DNA from: Candidatus Omnitrophota bacterium
Lineage (GTDB): Bacteria > Omnitrophota > Gorgyraeia > Zapsychrales > Zapsychraceae
Assembly (NCBI GenBank): GCA_020053475.1
Contig: JAGVNC010000084.1
Span: 4,201-68,200, forward strand
Direction of reading: 5' to 3'
Length of the DNA stretch: 64,000 nucleotides
In this document: positions 10,671 through 19,564 of the stretch, piece by piece
How the letters are laid out: each line of letters starts with the position of its first letter
Position numbering within the stretch: the stretch's first letter is position 1
Program-made: the position numbers and the translations under genes
Notes under the pieces: generated by a model
Told to the model about the DNA's origin: nothing
The model's database searches: none
Seen by the model: only the letters and a program-made list of their open reading frames with translations

Positions 10671-12493
10671 GGATGTTCCTCAAAAAATTTAAGCCGTTGG
10701 TGGGCGACGCGGTCTAATCTCTCGTCTGATCCGGCAGCCAACGAACGATCAAAGTACTCTTTGGCCAGCCCGTGCTTTTCTTGCATATCATAAATAACGG
10801 CCAAGTTGTGAAGGGCGCCTTTGTATTGCGGATTAAACTCAATGGCCCGTTGAAAGGCGGCGACGGCGTTGTCCCATTGTTCAATCATAAAATACATCAC
10901 CCCTAAGCTATAAAATAATTGGGCGTTTTGGGCGTCGGTTTGGGAACGGGTGTTGTAATAAGCGATGATCTTATTGCACAGGATTTTTAAATTGCCTTTA
11001 TAAAGTTCTTTTAAATTTCCCGGGTCTCTGACTTGAGCATATTGTTCAAAACTCTCCCACACTTTATCCTGGGCTGCCAATGCTGTTGCCAATCCGATCC
11101 TGTATTTGGCATTCCAGGGTTCTTCGTCGGCCAATTGCCTAAATTCCTTCTCCGCCTTTTCCGGAAGATTAGAGATCCCGTAAGCCGTGGCCAATGTTGA
11201 GCGCACCCTGTTATTGTTCGGATTGTGCTTCAATGATTCTTTGTACATCGCGAGTTGTTGGCGGTTATAAAAATTCTGCTGCAGCCCCATCAAAAAAATA
11301 AACAAATAAAAAGCCGCGCCTAAAATTTTGGCCGAAGATGATTGAAGGACTCCGCGCTGCTGCAGATGATGCATTGACCAGCGGAAAAACAACACAAACA
11401 CCGTAAACACGGCCAGAGAGGGAATATACATAAAATGGTCGGCGGCAGAGATGTAATCGCGGGACACGCGGATGGGAACAAATTGGGCAACCGGGAAAAA
11501 ATTAATCACAACCCAGCTCACAAGGAAAATATTTTTCCCGTCGCGCAGGGCTTCTTTGATCGGCCGGTAACATAAAGCCGCCGTGATGAACCCTGCCCAA
11601 ATCATCAATGTGATCCAAACACCCGGAGACATCAAATGCTCAAACACTCGAGCTGAACGATCATAGTAGAGCTCTAAAGGACAAAGCGCGTGCCACAGAT
11701 AAATCAGGAACTCTTGCAGGAATGTGAGAACGGCCAGGATATTTTCCGTCAACGGATACCACTGGAAAGCGCTGGTGAGGCCTAACTTCTGGCGGATCAC
11801 CGCATAGAGGACAAGGGCGGCATAATAAGGAACAATTTCTTTCGCCCCAAGACAGCGAATCAACGGCTTTTTCTCCACAAACAATAAATAACTGATCAAA
11901 ACAAACGGAAGCATCGCGCCCGATTCTTTGCTTAAGAGGCTAAGCACAAAGAACACAAGCGATCCTGCGTAGACTAACGTTTTCCGTTGATTCTCCTGAC
12001 GGGAAAGCAAAAACCAATAAAAACTCCAGAAGAAAAAGACGGCGCACAAAAGGATCGACCGGCCCGGGATATTCGCCACCGCTTCCGCGTGGATTGGATG
12101 AATGACAAAAAGGGCCGCGACACAAAGGGCCAACATTGTGTTGTTCCATAATTGGCGGATGACCCAATAGATGCCTAAGGCGGACAAGACATGCAACAGA
12201 AGATTGGTGAAATTGTAAACAAAGGGGTTAAGCCCGAAGAGATGATATTCGATCATGAAGCTAACAGCCACCAACGGCCGATAAAAGACGTTGGCGTCAA
12301 AGAAACATTTGGTAAAGATATTCTTAAGCCCGGAGAGGTGCCGAATGTCTTGGTTGTGAACGATGGAGACGTAATCATCCATTGTTTTAAAGGGCGTGAA
12401 TAGCGTCAAGCGATAAAGGGATAAGCCTAAAACGAATAAAAGAAGGAAAACGCACAAAGACGACTGATGGAATGGGACAGAATGTTTATTCAT
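10667..12493 (-). CDS. TMTC-like GT-C fold membrane glycosyltransferase with C-terminal TPRs
   Basis: MDD acidic loop, FYRPL, NLLLH, HPIHAEAV..I.GRS, LLSKE motifs and TPRs. Confidence 0.85.
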   Translation of the reverse strand: MNKHSVPFHQSSLCVFLLLFVLGLSLYRLTLFTPFKTMDDYVSIVHNQDIRHLSGLKNIFTKCFFDANVFYRPLVAVSFMIEYHLFGLNPFVYNFTNLLLHVLSALGIYWVIRQLWNNTMLALCVAALFVIHPIHAEAVANIPGRSILLCAVFFFWSFYWFLLSRQENQRKTLVYAGSLVFFVLSLLSKESGAMLPFVLISYLLFVEKKPLIRCLGAKEIVPYYAALVLYAVIRQKLGLTSAFQWYPLTENILAVLTFLQEFLIYLWHALCPLELYYDRSARVFEHLMSPGVWITLMIWAGFITAALCYRPIKEALRDGKNIFLVSWVVINFFPVAQFVPIRVSRDYISAADHFMYIPSLAVFTVFVLFFRWSMHHLQQRGVLQSSSAKILGAAFYLFIFLMGLQQNFYNRQQLAMYKESLKHNPNNNRVRSTLATAYGISNLPEKAEKEFRQLADEEPWNAKYRIGLATALAAQDKVWESFEQYAQVRDPGNLKELYKGNLKILCNKIIAYYNTRSQTDAQNAQLFYSLGVMYFMIEQWDNAVAAFQRAIEFNPQYKGALHNLAVIYDMQEKHGLAKEYFDRSLAAGSDERLDRVAHQRLKFFEEHP

Positions 12494-12500
12494 GAGTAAA

Positions 12501-12573
12501 AGCTGGCGACCAGAGTTGAACTGGTGACCCGCGCATTACGAATGCGCTGCTCTACCAACTGAGCTACGCCAGC
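12501..12573 (-). tRNA. tRNA-Thr (CGT), no encoded CCA
   Basis: GCTGGCGTAGCTCAGTTGGTAGAGCAGCGCATTCGTAATGCGCGGGTCACCAGTTCAACTCTGGTCGCCAGCT. Confidence 0.95.
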
Positions 12574-12664
12574 AAATTTCTTTAATGATCTAAGAAAGAT
12601 TTGCTGAAGTCCCTTTAGGGACGCCAGCAAAGATCATTCCCAAAAACTGAATTATTGTCCTACC

Positions 12665-12721
12665 TCCGCCAAACATCTTGGCGGACTCGCCACGCGTTGT
12701 GCCTGCCTGCCGGCAGGCAGG
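12665..12721. repeat. REP-like GC-rich palindromes
   Basis: tccgccaa-acatc-ttggcgga (12665-12685) and the perfect 20-bp cctgcctgccggcaggcagg (12702-12721). Confidence 0.75.
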
Positions 12722-12751
12722 GCGGAAGCATGGCCTTTATTTTATTTCGAT

Positions 12752-13766
12752 TCAATTCTGTTGTACAGAAAAAACTGGAGAAGATATTTTTGCACGTAAG
12801 GTATCAAAAAGAATATTGGCGATGATTTGATGCCCCAGAATGGTGGGGTGAAAATAATCCATCAAGATATCCTCAGGCGGATATTTCTGTAAACCTGACA
12901 AATCAATTGCTCCTGGACGGACGTAATCGTCAGGCCCAAGATTCTTAATGATGGTTTGGTCCTTCCCTGCCAAAAATCGGACATCTTTGACATTCATCAA
13001 CAAATCCTGGGGGCGTTCATAATATCGGGAAAAGTCCGTGTAAAGAGGATTGATCGCCATAAATTCTCCCCCCTGTTCTTTAGTTATCCTTTCTATCTCT
13101 TGGATGTTGAATGCAAACTCATCCGGCAACACTCTCAATGTTTTCCCTTCGGCAGCGGACAACGCCTTAACCAAACGGACCATTTGAACAACCTGTGTCT
13201 TTTCTAAAAAAGAAACGGGCTGTTGAACGAAACGTTTCTTCTTATCCGTATCTCGCCAATAGTTTCCTTCATTCCAGCAGTCATTGGCCCCTAAATAAGT
13301 GATCACAAATGACGGATGGAGATTGTTGACGATTTGCTTAAAATAAAGCAATGCCTGATAACTGCTATAAGCCGGAACGCCTGCATTAACGACCCAGTAT
13401 CGGGCAGGATAAACTTCGTCCAACTTCGTTTGAAGCAAATGAGCAAACGTCTGTTCATCCGTGACACCCCATCCGTAAACCGTTGAATCTCCTAAAAGAA
13501 GAATAATTTCTCTTTGCTTGATATCGGGAGGGAATGTCGGACCTCTAAAACCCTGCATTGATACCACGATGGTTTCTTTTTAGACGCCAAAACAAATAAT
13601 GATCAGGTTCAGCTATGTCGGACAAATAGTCATGAACAAATCTTTCTGTCCAGAATACCTTCGGCTTTAAAAAAACGGTATTGAAGAAATAACATGTACT
13701 CTCAATGAAGACTAACAGCAGGCAAATGATCAAGACGGTAAAAATTTTTAAGAAAGAATCGTTCAT
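12752..13766 (-). pseudogene. Membrane-anchored SGNH/GDSL hydrolase, frameshifted at about 13555
   Basis: N-terminal ORF 13545-13766 ends RGINAGF*. The second frame continues QGFRGP...LLGDSTVYG...NAGVPAYSS...GAND...DYFHPT. The typical INxxGFRG motif is split across the two frames. Confidence 0.8.
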
Positions 13767-13782
13767 GGGTCAAATGAAAGAG

Positions 13783-13855
13783 TGCCGAGGGCCAGAATTG
13801 AACTGGCGACACAAGGCTTTTCAGGCCTCTGCTCTACCGACTGAGCTACCTCGGC
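13783..13855 (-). tRNA. tRNA-Phe (GAA), no encoded CCA
   Basis: GCCGAGGTAGCTCAGTCGGTAGAGCAGAGGCCTGAAAAGCCTTGTGTCGCCAGTTCAATTCTGGCCCTCGGCA. Confidence 0.96.
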
Positions 13856-13898
13856 ACAGATCAACAAAAATGAAACGCTATTTTAACCAAGAGTCGAC

Positions 13899-14088
13899 GT
13901 GTTGTCAACTCCTTCGCGGTGCTCAGGACTAGGCCATTCGACTTCGCTCAGTCCTTCGGCATTACGCAGGACTGAGCCCTGAGCAAAGTCGAATGGGCTC
14001 AGGGTTGACACTGTCCCTCGCTTTTTGCTCGGGATCCTGAGCGAACAGTGAAGGAAGCGGTCTAAACTTGTCGCCGAAGTGTCAACAC
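13899..14088. repeat. Nested REP-like palindrome cluster
   Basis: ccattcgacttcgctcag...ctgagcaaagtcgaatgg with an inner ctcagtcct...aggactgag stem and gtcaac/gttgac boundaries. Confidence 0.7.
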
Positions 14089-14106
14089 CCCCCTGGACCG
14101 ACGAAA

Positions 14107-14508
14107 TCACTCCATCAAATTACTCATGATTTTAACGAAAATATCTTGGGCCAGAGAGATTTTGGGAAGAAAGGCCTTACGGGCCTTGACGGTGAGCTTA
14201 GTCGCGGAGTCATTGATCGGGACGATTTTGATGGTCACTTTAGCGCCGTTGACCTTAGCCAGGATAATCCCTCCCCCACTCGCCCCGCCTTCGGTGGGGC
14301 TCGCCTCTTCTTGAATCGTTCCCATCATCGAAATCACTTCATGGGCCATCTCCCACACAGCCTGTTCATCGCTGGAAGTGACCCCCTCAACAGTATCCGG
14401 GCTAACCACATATCCACCGACGGCCCCGAGGCCTCCGACCACCAAATAAACACACCCGGATAAAGGGAGCAACGCGATTAACATAAAGGAAAGGACGGAT
14501 GTTCTCAT
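14107..14508 (-). CDS. Lipoprotein (DUF3568-like)
   Basis: LSGC lipobox followed by a glycine-rich [10 protein letters not shown] segment. Confidence 0.65.
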   Translation of the reverse strand: MRTSVLSFMLIALLPLSGCVYLVVGGLGAVGGYVVSPDTVEGVTSSDEQAVWEMAHEVISMMGTIQEEASPTEGGASGGGIILAKVNGAKVTIKIVPINDSATKLTVKARKAFLPKISLAQDIFVKIMSNLME

Positions 14509-14555
14509 GATTGGCTTAATTTTATCATAGTCATTAATGATGTTAATCATTTTTT

Positions 14556-16661
14556 TCATTTTCCTACCAACGTATATTGCAAGACAAAGGCAGCAAAAAC
14601 AATGGAAACCATGGACATGAGCTTAATCAGGATATTGATGCTGGGGCCGGCGGTATCTTTAAACGGGTCACCAACGGTGTCCCCGACCACGCTGGCTTTG
14701 TGAGCGACAGAGCCTTTGCCTCCGTAGGCTCCGGCTTCAATGTATTTTTTAGCATTGTCCCAAGCTCCCCCGGCATTGGCCATCATGACGGCTAAGGCAA
14801 ATCCCGAAGCGGTGGCGCCCACCAAAAAACCACCAACGCTATTCACCCCTAAACATAATCCGACGGCCACGGGTGTCACAATAGCGGACACGGCGGGCAA
14901 ACGCATTTCTCTTAACGCCGACGTGGTGACGATATCGACGCACCGCGCATAATCCGGCTTGGCCTTCCCTTCCATTAATCCTTGAATGTCTTTAAATTGC
15001 CTTCTTACCTCAATGACAACCTGGCTGGCCGTCCGGCCCACGGCGCTCATCGTCAACGCCGAAAATAAATACGGCATCATGGTCCCGATAAAAATCCCGA
15101 TTAAAACAAAGGGGTCCGTCAAATCTAAATCCAACAATCCCCCTTTGAGCATAATACGTTCTTTATACGCGGCAATCAACGCCAAGGCGGTAAGGGCCGC
15201 CGACCCGATCGCAAACCCCTTCCCTGTCGCGGCGGTTGTATTCCCCAACGAATCCAGCGCGTCCGTGCGTTCGCGCACATTAGGGTCCAGCCCCGACATC
15301 TGGGCGTTCCCGCCGGCATTATCAGCCACCGGCCCGTAAGCATCCGTTGCCAGCGTGATCCCCAGCGTGCTTAACATCCCGACGGCGGCGATCCCGATCC
15401 CATACAACCCGAGATTAAAATTCTGAAACCCTCCCGCAAACCCGAAGCTGGCGGCAATCGCCACACAAACAACAAAGATAGGAAAGAACGTCGATAACAT
15501 CCCGACAGCAATGCCTTCGATAATGATCGTCGCCGGCCCTGTCGGAGCGGCACCGGCAATTCTTTTGGTCGGGGGATACAAGGAAGACGTAAAGAATTCT
15601 GTTCCCAACCCAATCAATATCCCGGCGATTAAGCCGGCAATGATCGCCCACGCAATGCCGATATAAGAAGGCCCAAGGACAAAGCGAACCACACAATAAG
15701 AAGCGATAATAATAATCAACGATGAAACAAACACGCCTTTACGCAGGGCGAATAACAACGCCGCTTGCGACGCATCTTCTCGGGTACGCACAAAAAACAT
15801 GCCGATCATCGACGCCAAAATGCCGACCGCGGCGATCATCATCGGAACGGTTGTGCCTAAAACACCCAAGCCCGCCGCCACTCCCAACGCCCCGGCCGCG
15901 ACAATCGCGCCCACATAAGATTCATAAAGATCCGCCCCCATGCCCGCCACATCGCCGACGTTATCTCCCACATTATCCGCGATGACCGCCGGGTTACGGG
16001 CATCGTCTTCCGGGATCCCTGCTTCGACTTTCCCAACTAAATCGGCACCCACATCAGCGGCCTTGGTAAAAATCCCTCCGCCGACACGCGCAAAAAGAGC
16101 TTGAAAACTGGCGCCCATCCCGAATGTGAGCATTGTGCTCGTAATCGCGGTAATTTTATCCGTATCGGCAGGAAGAGGAAAATGATCGTAATACCAATCA
16201 AGGCTGTAATACCACATACTCAAATCTAAAAGACCTAATCCCACCACCAAAAATCCCATGACGGACCCGGAAGAAAAAGCCAAACGCAACCCCGCGTTAA
16301 GGCTTGTCCGGCAAGCGTTGGCTGTCCGCGCCGAAGATTGGGTGGCGATTTGCATCCCGCAATACCCCGTCAGCCCTGAGAAAAGCCCGCCTGTCAAAAA
16401 CGCAAACGGAACAAAGATGACAAGGTACCCTTGAGAGGCCAACCATAACAGCAACACAAAAATAAAAATAAAAAATCCTGCCACTCCTTTGTATTGGCGT
16501 TTCAAATAAGCTTGAGATCCTTCACGAACGGCTGCGGCCACCTCGCGCATTCTAGGCGTCCCTTCATCATGCTTGAGAATATAAAAAACCAACCATAAGC
16601 AAAATCCCAAAGCTACAATAGAGCTCAGCGGCACTAGAAAGAAAATATCAACCATAACCAT
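14556..16661 (-). CDS. hppA: Membrane pyrophosphatase, K+-dependent type (probably Na+-translocating)
   Basis: [36 protein letters not shown] and [16 protein letters not shown] has Ala rather than Lys, the established K+-dependence signature. Confidence 0.96.
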   Translation of the reverse strand: MVMVDIFFLVPLSSIVALGFCLWLVFYILKHDEGTPRMREVAAAVREGSQAYLKRQYKGVAGFFIFIFVLLLWLASQGYLVIFVPFAFLTGGLFSGLTGYCGMQIATQSSARTANACRTSLNAGLRLAFSSGSVMGFLVVGLGLLDLSMWYYSLDWYYDHFPLPADTDKITAITSTMLTFGMGASFQALFARVGGGIFTKAADVGADLVGKVEAGIPEDDARNPAVIADNVGDNVGDVAGMGADLYESYVGAIVAAGALGVAAGLGVLGTTVPMMIAAVGILASMIGMFFVRTREDASQAALLFALRKGVFVSSLIIIIASYCVVRFVLGPSYIGIAWAIIAGLIAGILIGLGTEFFTSSLYPPTKRIAGAAPTGPATIIIEGIAVGMLSTFFPIFVVCVAIAASFGFAGGFQNFNLGLYGIGIAAVGMLSTLGITLATDAYGPVADNAGGNAQMSGLDPNVRERTDALDSLGNTTAATGKGFAIGSAALTALALIAAYKERIMLKGGLLDLDLTDPFVLIGIFIGTMMPYLFSALTMSAVGRTASQVVIEVRRQFKDIQGLMEGKAKPDYARCVDIVTTSALREMRLPAVSAIVTPVAVGLCLGVNSVGGFLVGATASGFALAVMMANAGGAWDNAKKYIEAGAYGGKGSVAHKASVVGDTVGDPFKDTAGPSINILIKLMSMVSIVFAAFVLQYTLVGK

Positions 16662-16710
16662 CCCCTCTTACGAACGATCCCATGTTAAATGACAAATTGG
16701 ATAACGATGA

Positions 16711-16791
16711 TTATCCTCGGCCTGGTTTACGCCCTTTATTCGCTTTTTTTGAACGCCAGCTTAACTTTGCCCTTCTTTTTCTTTTCCCCAT
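16711..16791 (-). CDS. 26-aa basic peptide, putative ribosomal protein bL37-like
   Basis: MGKRKRRAKLSWRSKKANKGRKPGRG*, with an AAAGGA Shine-Dalgarno about 7 nt upstream; below the ORF-track cutoff. Confidence 0.7.
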   Translation of the reverse strand: MGKRKRRAKLSWRSKKANKGRKPGRG

Positions 16792-16871
16792 GAGTGTTTC
16801 CTTTCTTGAATGTGTTATGAAAACATACTATTTATACAGAAAATCCTCTTTGTTAGCAATAAAACAATTTC

Positions 16872-17528
16872 TTATTCTCCGAAGTCCTCGATGATCGGGA
16901 GAATATCCCTTATTTGAACAACGACGTTAAATGGCTTGAGCGCGGCCAATTCTTCCCGCGTACTCGAACCTGTTGCCACCGCGACGGTCCTGATGTTCGC
17001 CCGTTGCCCGGTTTCGACGTCAATGATCATATCTCCAACGTACAAGGCCTGCTGAGGCATTAACGATAATTGTCTTAAGATATGGTTCAACATATCCGGT
17101 TGTGGTTTAGGACGAGCCACTTGATCGGCACAAACCACTTGTGCGAAATAAGAACGAATCGCTAAATTGTCTAAAATGATTTCTGTAAATATCGATGGAC
17201 GGTTACTGGCAATGGCCATTAAAAAATTTTTGCGCTTAAGATCCCGCAGTAACTCCGGGACTCCCGGCAAAAATTTCGTCCCGGATTTTAAGGCCTGCCC
17301 GTGATGTCCCCGATAAATCGCCAGTGTCTGTTCGACTAAATTCGGCGGAGCAAATTGTTCGATCAGGTGACTGTCTCCCCAGCCCACATTTCGTTGCACC
17401 GTCATGTCATCAATCAGCGGAAGCCCCATTGTATTAAACGCATAATTGAGGCTCTTGGAGACAGCCCTGTACGCGTCTACCAGTGTTCCATCCAAATCGA
17501 AAATAATGAGTTTTAGGGGCTCAGTCAC
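16872..17528 (-). CDS. HAD-family phosphatase (phosphoglycolate phosphatase-like)
   Basis: FDLDGTLVD, KPQP and YVGD..ID motifs. Confidence 0.9.
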   Translation of the reverse strand: MTEPLKLIIFDLDGTLVDAYRAVSKSLNYAFNTMGLPLIDDMTVQRNVGWGDSHLIEQFAPPNLVEQTLAIYRGHHGQALKSGTKFLPGVPELLRDLKRKNFLMAIASNRPSIFTEIILDNLAIRSYFAQVVCADQVARPKPQPDMLNHILRQLSLMPQQALYVGDMIIDVETGQRANIRTVAVATGSSTREELAALKPFNVVVQIRDILPIIEDFGE

Positions 17529-17707
17529 TTTTTTAAGGAATAGAGGACAAATAATCCGGATAATGCCAAGCCTAAGCCAATAACACCTTTAAAAAACGTG
17601 ATGACATCCGGCCACCAAAGTAAAATCAATGTGATGCCTAAAATCAGCGTAAAACTGCCAACAACGTAAAGTAAAAAAGTGCGATAATCAGAAGAGGGAT
17701 TACTCAT
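17525..17707 (-). CDS. Small two-TM membrane protein
   Basis: MSNPSSDYRTFLLYVVG..., preceded by an AAGGAG SD and overlapping both neighbours. Confidence 0.6.
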   Translation of the reverse strand: MSNPSSDYRTFLLYVVGSFTLILGITLILLWWPDVITFFKGVIGLGLALSGLFVLYSLKK

Positions 17708-18662
17708 TGATGGCTCCTTCTGTTGATGGTGGTGCCACAACCGACGATTCCGTCGGACGGCTTTTCCAGCGTCGGTGCATCCATCCCCATTCTTGGGGAT
17801 AGCGGCGAATATATAATTCAATGAGTTGGGTCATTTTCGCTGTATTGATCAGGATTGTCTCCTGCTCATCGCGGCCTTCCTCCAGTATCAAGGGGGGCTC
17901 GACGATAATCTTATGGGTATCATCCGGTTGGCGGATCATAAACATCGGGACTAAAGGCGCCCCCGTTCGTTTGGCAAAAATGACGGGGCCCGTCGCGGTG
18001 GCCGCTTTTTGTCCGAAAAAATCAACAAACACGCCCCCCCGGCTTCCAAAATTTTGATCCAAAAGGACCAAAAGCAGTTCGTTATTACGCAACACTTTTA
18101 GAGACGTATCGACACATTCTTTGCGCGGCTGGCTATAAATTGTATTCAAGCCTAATTTTGTCCTCTGGGCGACAAAATATTTCTCGATATTTTCATCTCT
18201 GGCCGGGCGCATGATGGCGTTTGTTTGATAGCCTTCTTGAACGCAGCGTAACAGCATCAAGGGGAAATTGCCAAAGTGGCCGCTCACCGCGATGACGCCT
18301 TTCCCCTGCCGAAAAGCCTCATCTAAATAATGTTTTCCTTCAAAGGAGACTCGCTCTTTGATCATCGGTGTATGTTCCAAAAAATAAATCAATTCCACTA
18401 AGCCTTTGCCCACGTTCTGAAAACAGTTCCTGGCGACTTGGCGGATTTCTTCGTCCGATTTCTCCTTCCCAAAAGCAATGTGTAAACTTTCAAAGGCGAT
18501 TTTTCTTTGTCGAATGAGGAGGGGATAGGCCAAGGCCATCATTCCCTGGGAAATGGCTTGGACAACACGGTAGGGCAACATTGTAAAAATCCCCGTAAAG
18601 AAAAAAAGAGCGTTACGGGCTAACGCCCTTTTCATTTTTTTTATCTCATCGTTGATGTTCAT
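17700..18662 (-). CDS. Lipid A late acyltransferase (LpxL/HtrB family)
   Basis: HFGNF, LLDQ, VDFFG and YPQEWGWMHRRWK motifs. Confidence 0.9.
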   Translation of the reverse strand: MNINDEIKKMKRALARNALFFFTGIFTMLPYRVVQAISQGMMALAYPLLIRQRKIAFESLHIAFGKEKSDEEIRQVARNCFQNVGKGLVELIYFLEHTPMIKERVSFEGKHYLDEAFRQGKGVIAVSGHFGNFPLMLLRCVQEGYQTNAIMRPARDENIEKYFVAQRTKLGLNTIYSQPRKECVDTSLKVLRNNELLLVLLDQNFGSRGGVFVDFFGQKAATATGPVIFAKRTGAPLVPMFMIRQPDDTHKIIVEPPLILEEGRDEQETILINTAKMTQLIELYIRRYPQEWGWMHRRWKSRPTESSVVAPPSTEGAINE

Positions 18663-18709
18663 GGCAAAACCAGAAACCTCGAAAGCAGATGCGGTGGGAA
18701 GAATTATAT

Positions 18710-19492
18710 TTATTTGTTGAAAACATCTCGTACCGTCGAAAGAAGCATCTTGGGATCAACGGGTTTTGTTAAATGGGCGATCGCCCCCATCGCGATTTCA
18801 GCATTAATATCGTCTGGCGAATCTTTGGCCGTCAAAAAAATGATGGGAATATGTTTTGTTTGGCTATTCTGCTTTAAATTTTTGCACACATCTCTCCCCT
18901 TAATCCCCGGTAAAATAACGTCCAGAATAATCAGATCCGGCAATTGCGATGTCGCCACCTGAATCCCATCTTCCCCGGATTCAGCTGTTAACACAGAATA
19001 ACCGCTTGAAATAAGAATAGGCCGCACAGTCTTTAAAAGCATTGCATCATCGTCAACAATTAAAATAGATTGCCGTTTCTGTTGTTCCATGCGCCCTCCC
19101 TGCCCCGCCTTGGCGGGGATTGTAAAAAAGATAACGCCTAATGTTATTCCTGTCGACAGCAACGCAGGGATCAAATCGACAAAGCTTGGTGTATTCTCTG
19201 AAGCAATCACATTCCCTACCCAAGCGATGGTCAAAATCCATGTTAATACGCTAGAGGCATACTGCAACACCGTCCCCAGCTTCTTTCCTAAAATAGAAAA
19301 GATGGCTGCTAAAAAATGAGCCCCGGCAATCACGGCCAGATAAAGGATCAACGTCGATGGATAACTCACGCTGGAGATTTGTTGTTCGGCATACGCACTA
19401 ATGATCACAGGCAGGGTAAAAAGCAAAACGCGGGCAGAAACAATCATTTGCACCCACAATAAAATCATTCGGCTGATCAATTTCTTCTCCAT
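18710..19492 (-). CDS. Four-TM membrane domain fused to a C-terminal response-regulator receiver domain
   Basis: Hydrophobic N-half followed by ILIVDDD...PDLIILDVILPG...IIFLTA...LTKP. Confidence 0.85.
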   Translation of the reverse strand: MEKKLISRMILLWVQMIVSARVLLFTLPVIISAYAEQQISSVSYPSTLILYLAVIAGAHFLAAIFSILGKKLGTVLQYASSVLTWILTIAWVGNVIASENTPSFVDLIPALLSTGITLGVIFFTIPAKAGQGGRMEQQKRQSILIVDDDAMLLKTVRPILISSGYSVLTAESGEDGIQVATSQLPDLIILDVILPGIKGRDVCKNLKQNSQTKHIPIIFLTAKDSPDDINAEIAMGAIAHLTKPVDPKMLLSTVRDVFNK

Positions 19493-19564
19493 GCGGCAGC
19501 TCCCTGCCCCGCCCTGGCGGGGCTTTTACTGAGTTGAGACTACATTATAGTAAAATTTAATCAG

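Noticed and set aside
13883-14110. 75-aa ORF upstream of tRNA-Phe
   Set aside because: It is a translation of the palindromic repeat cluster.
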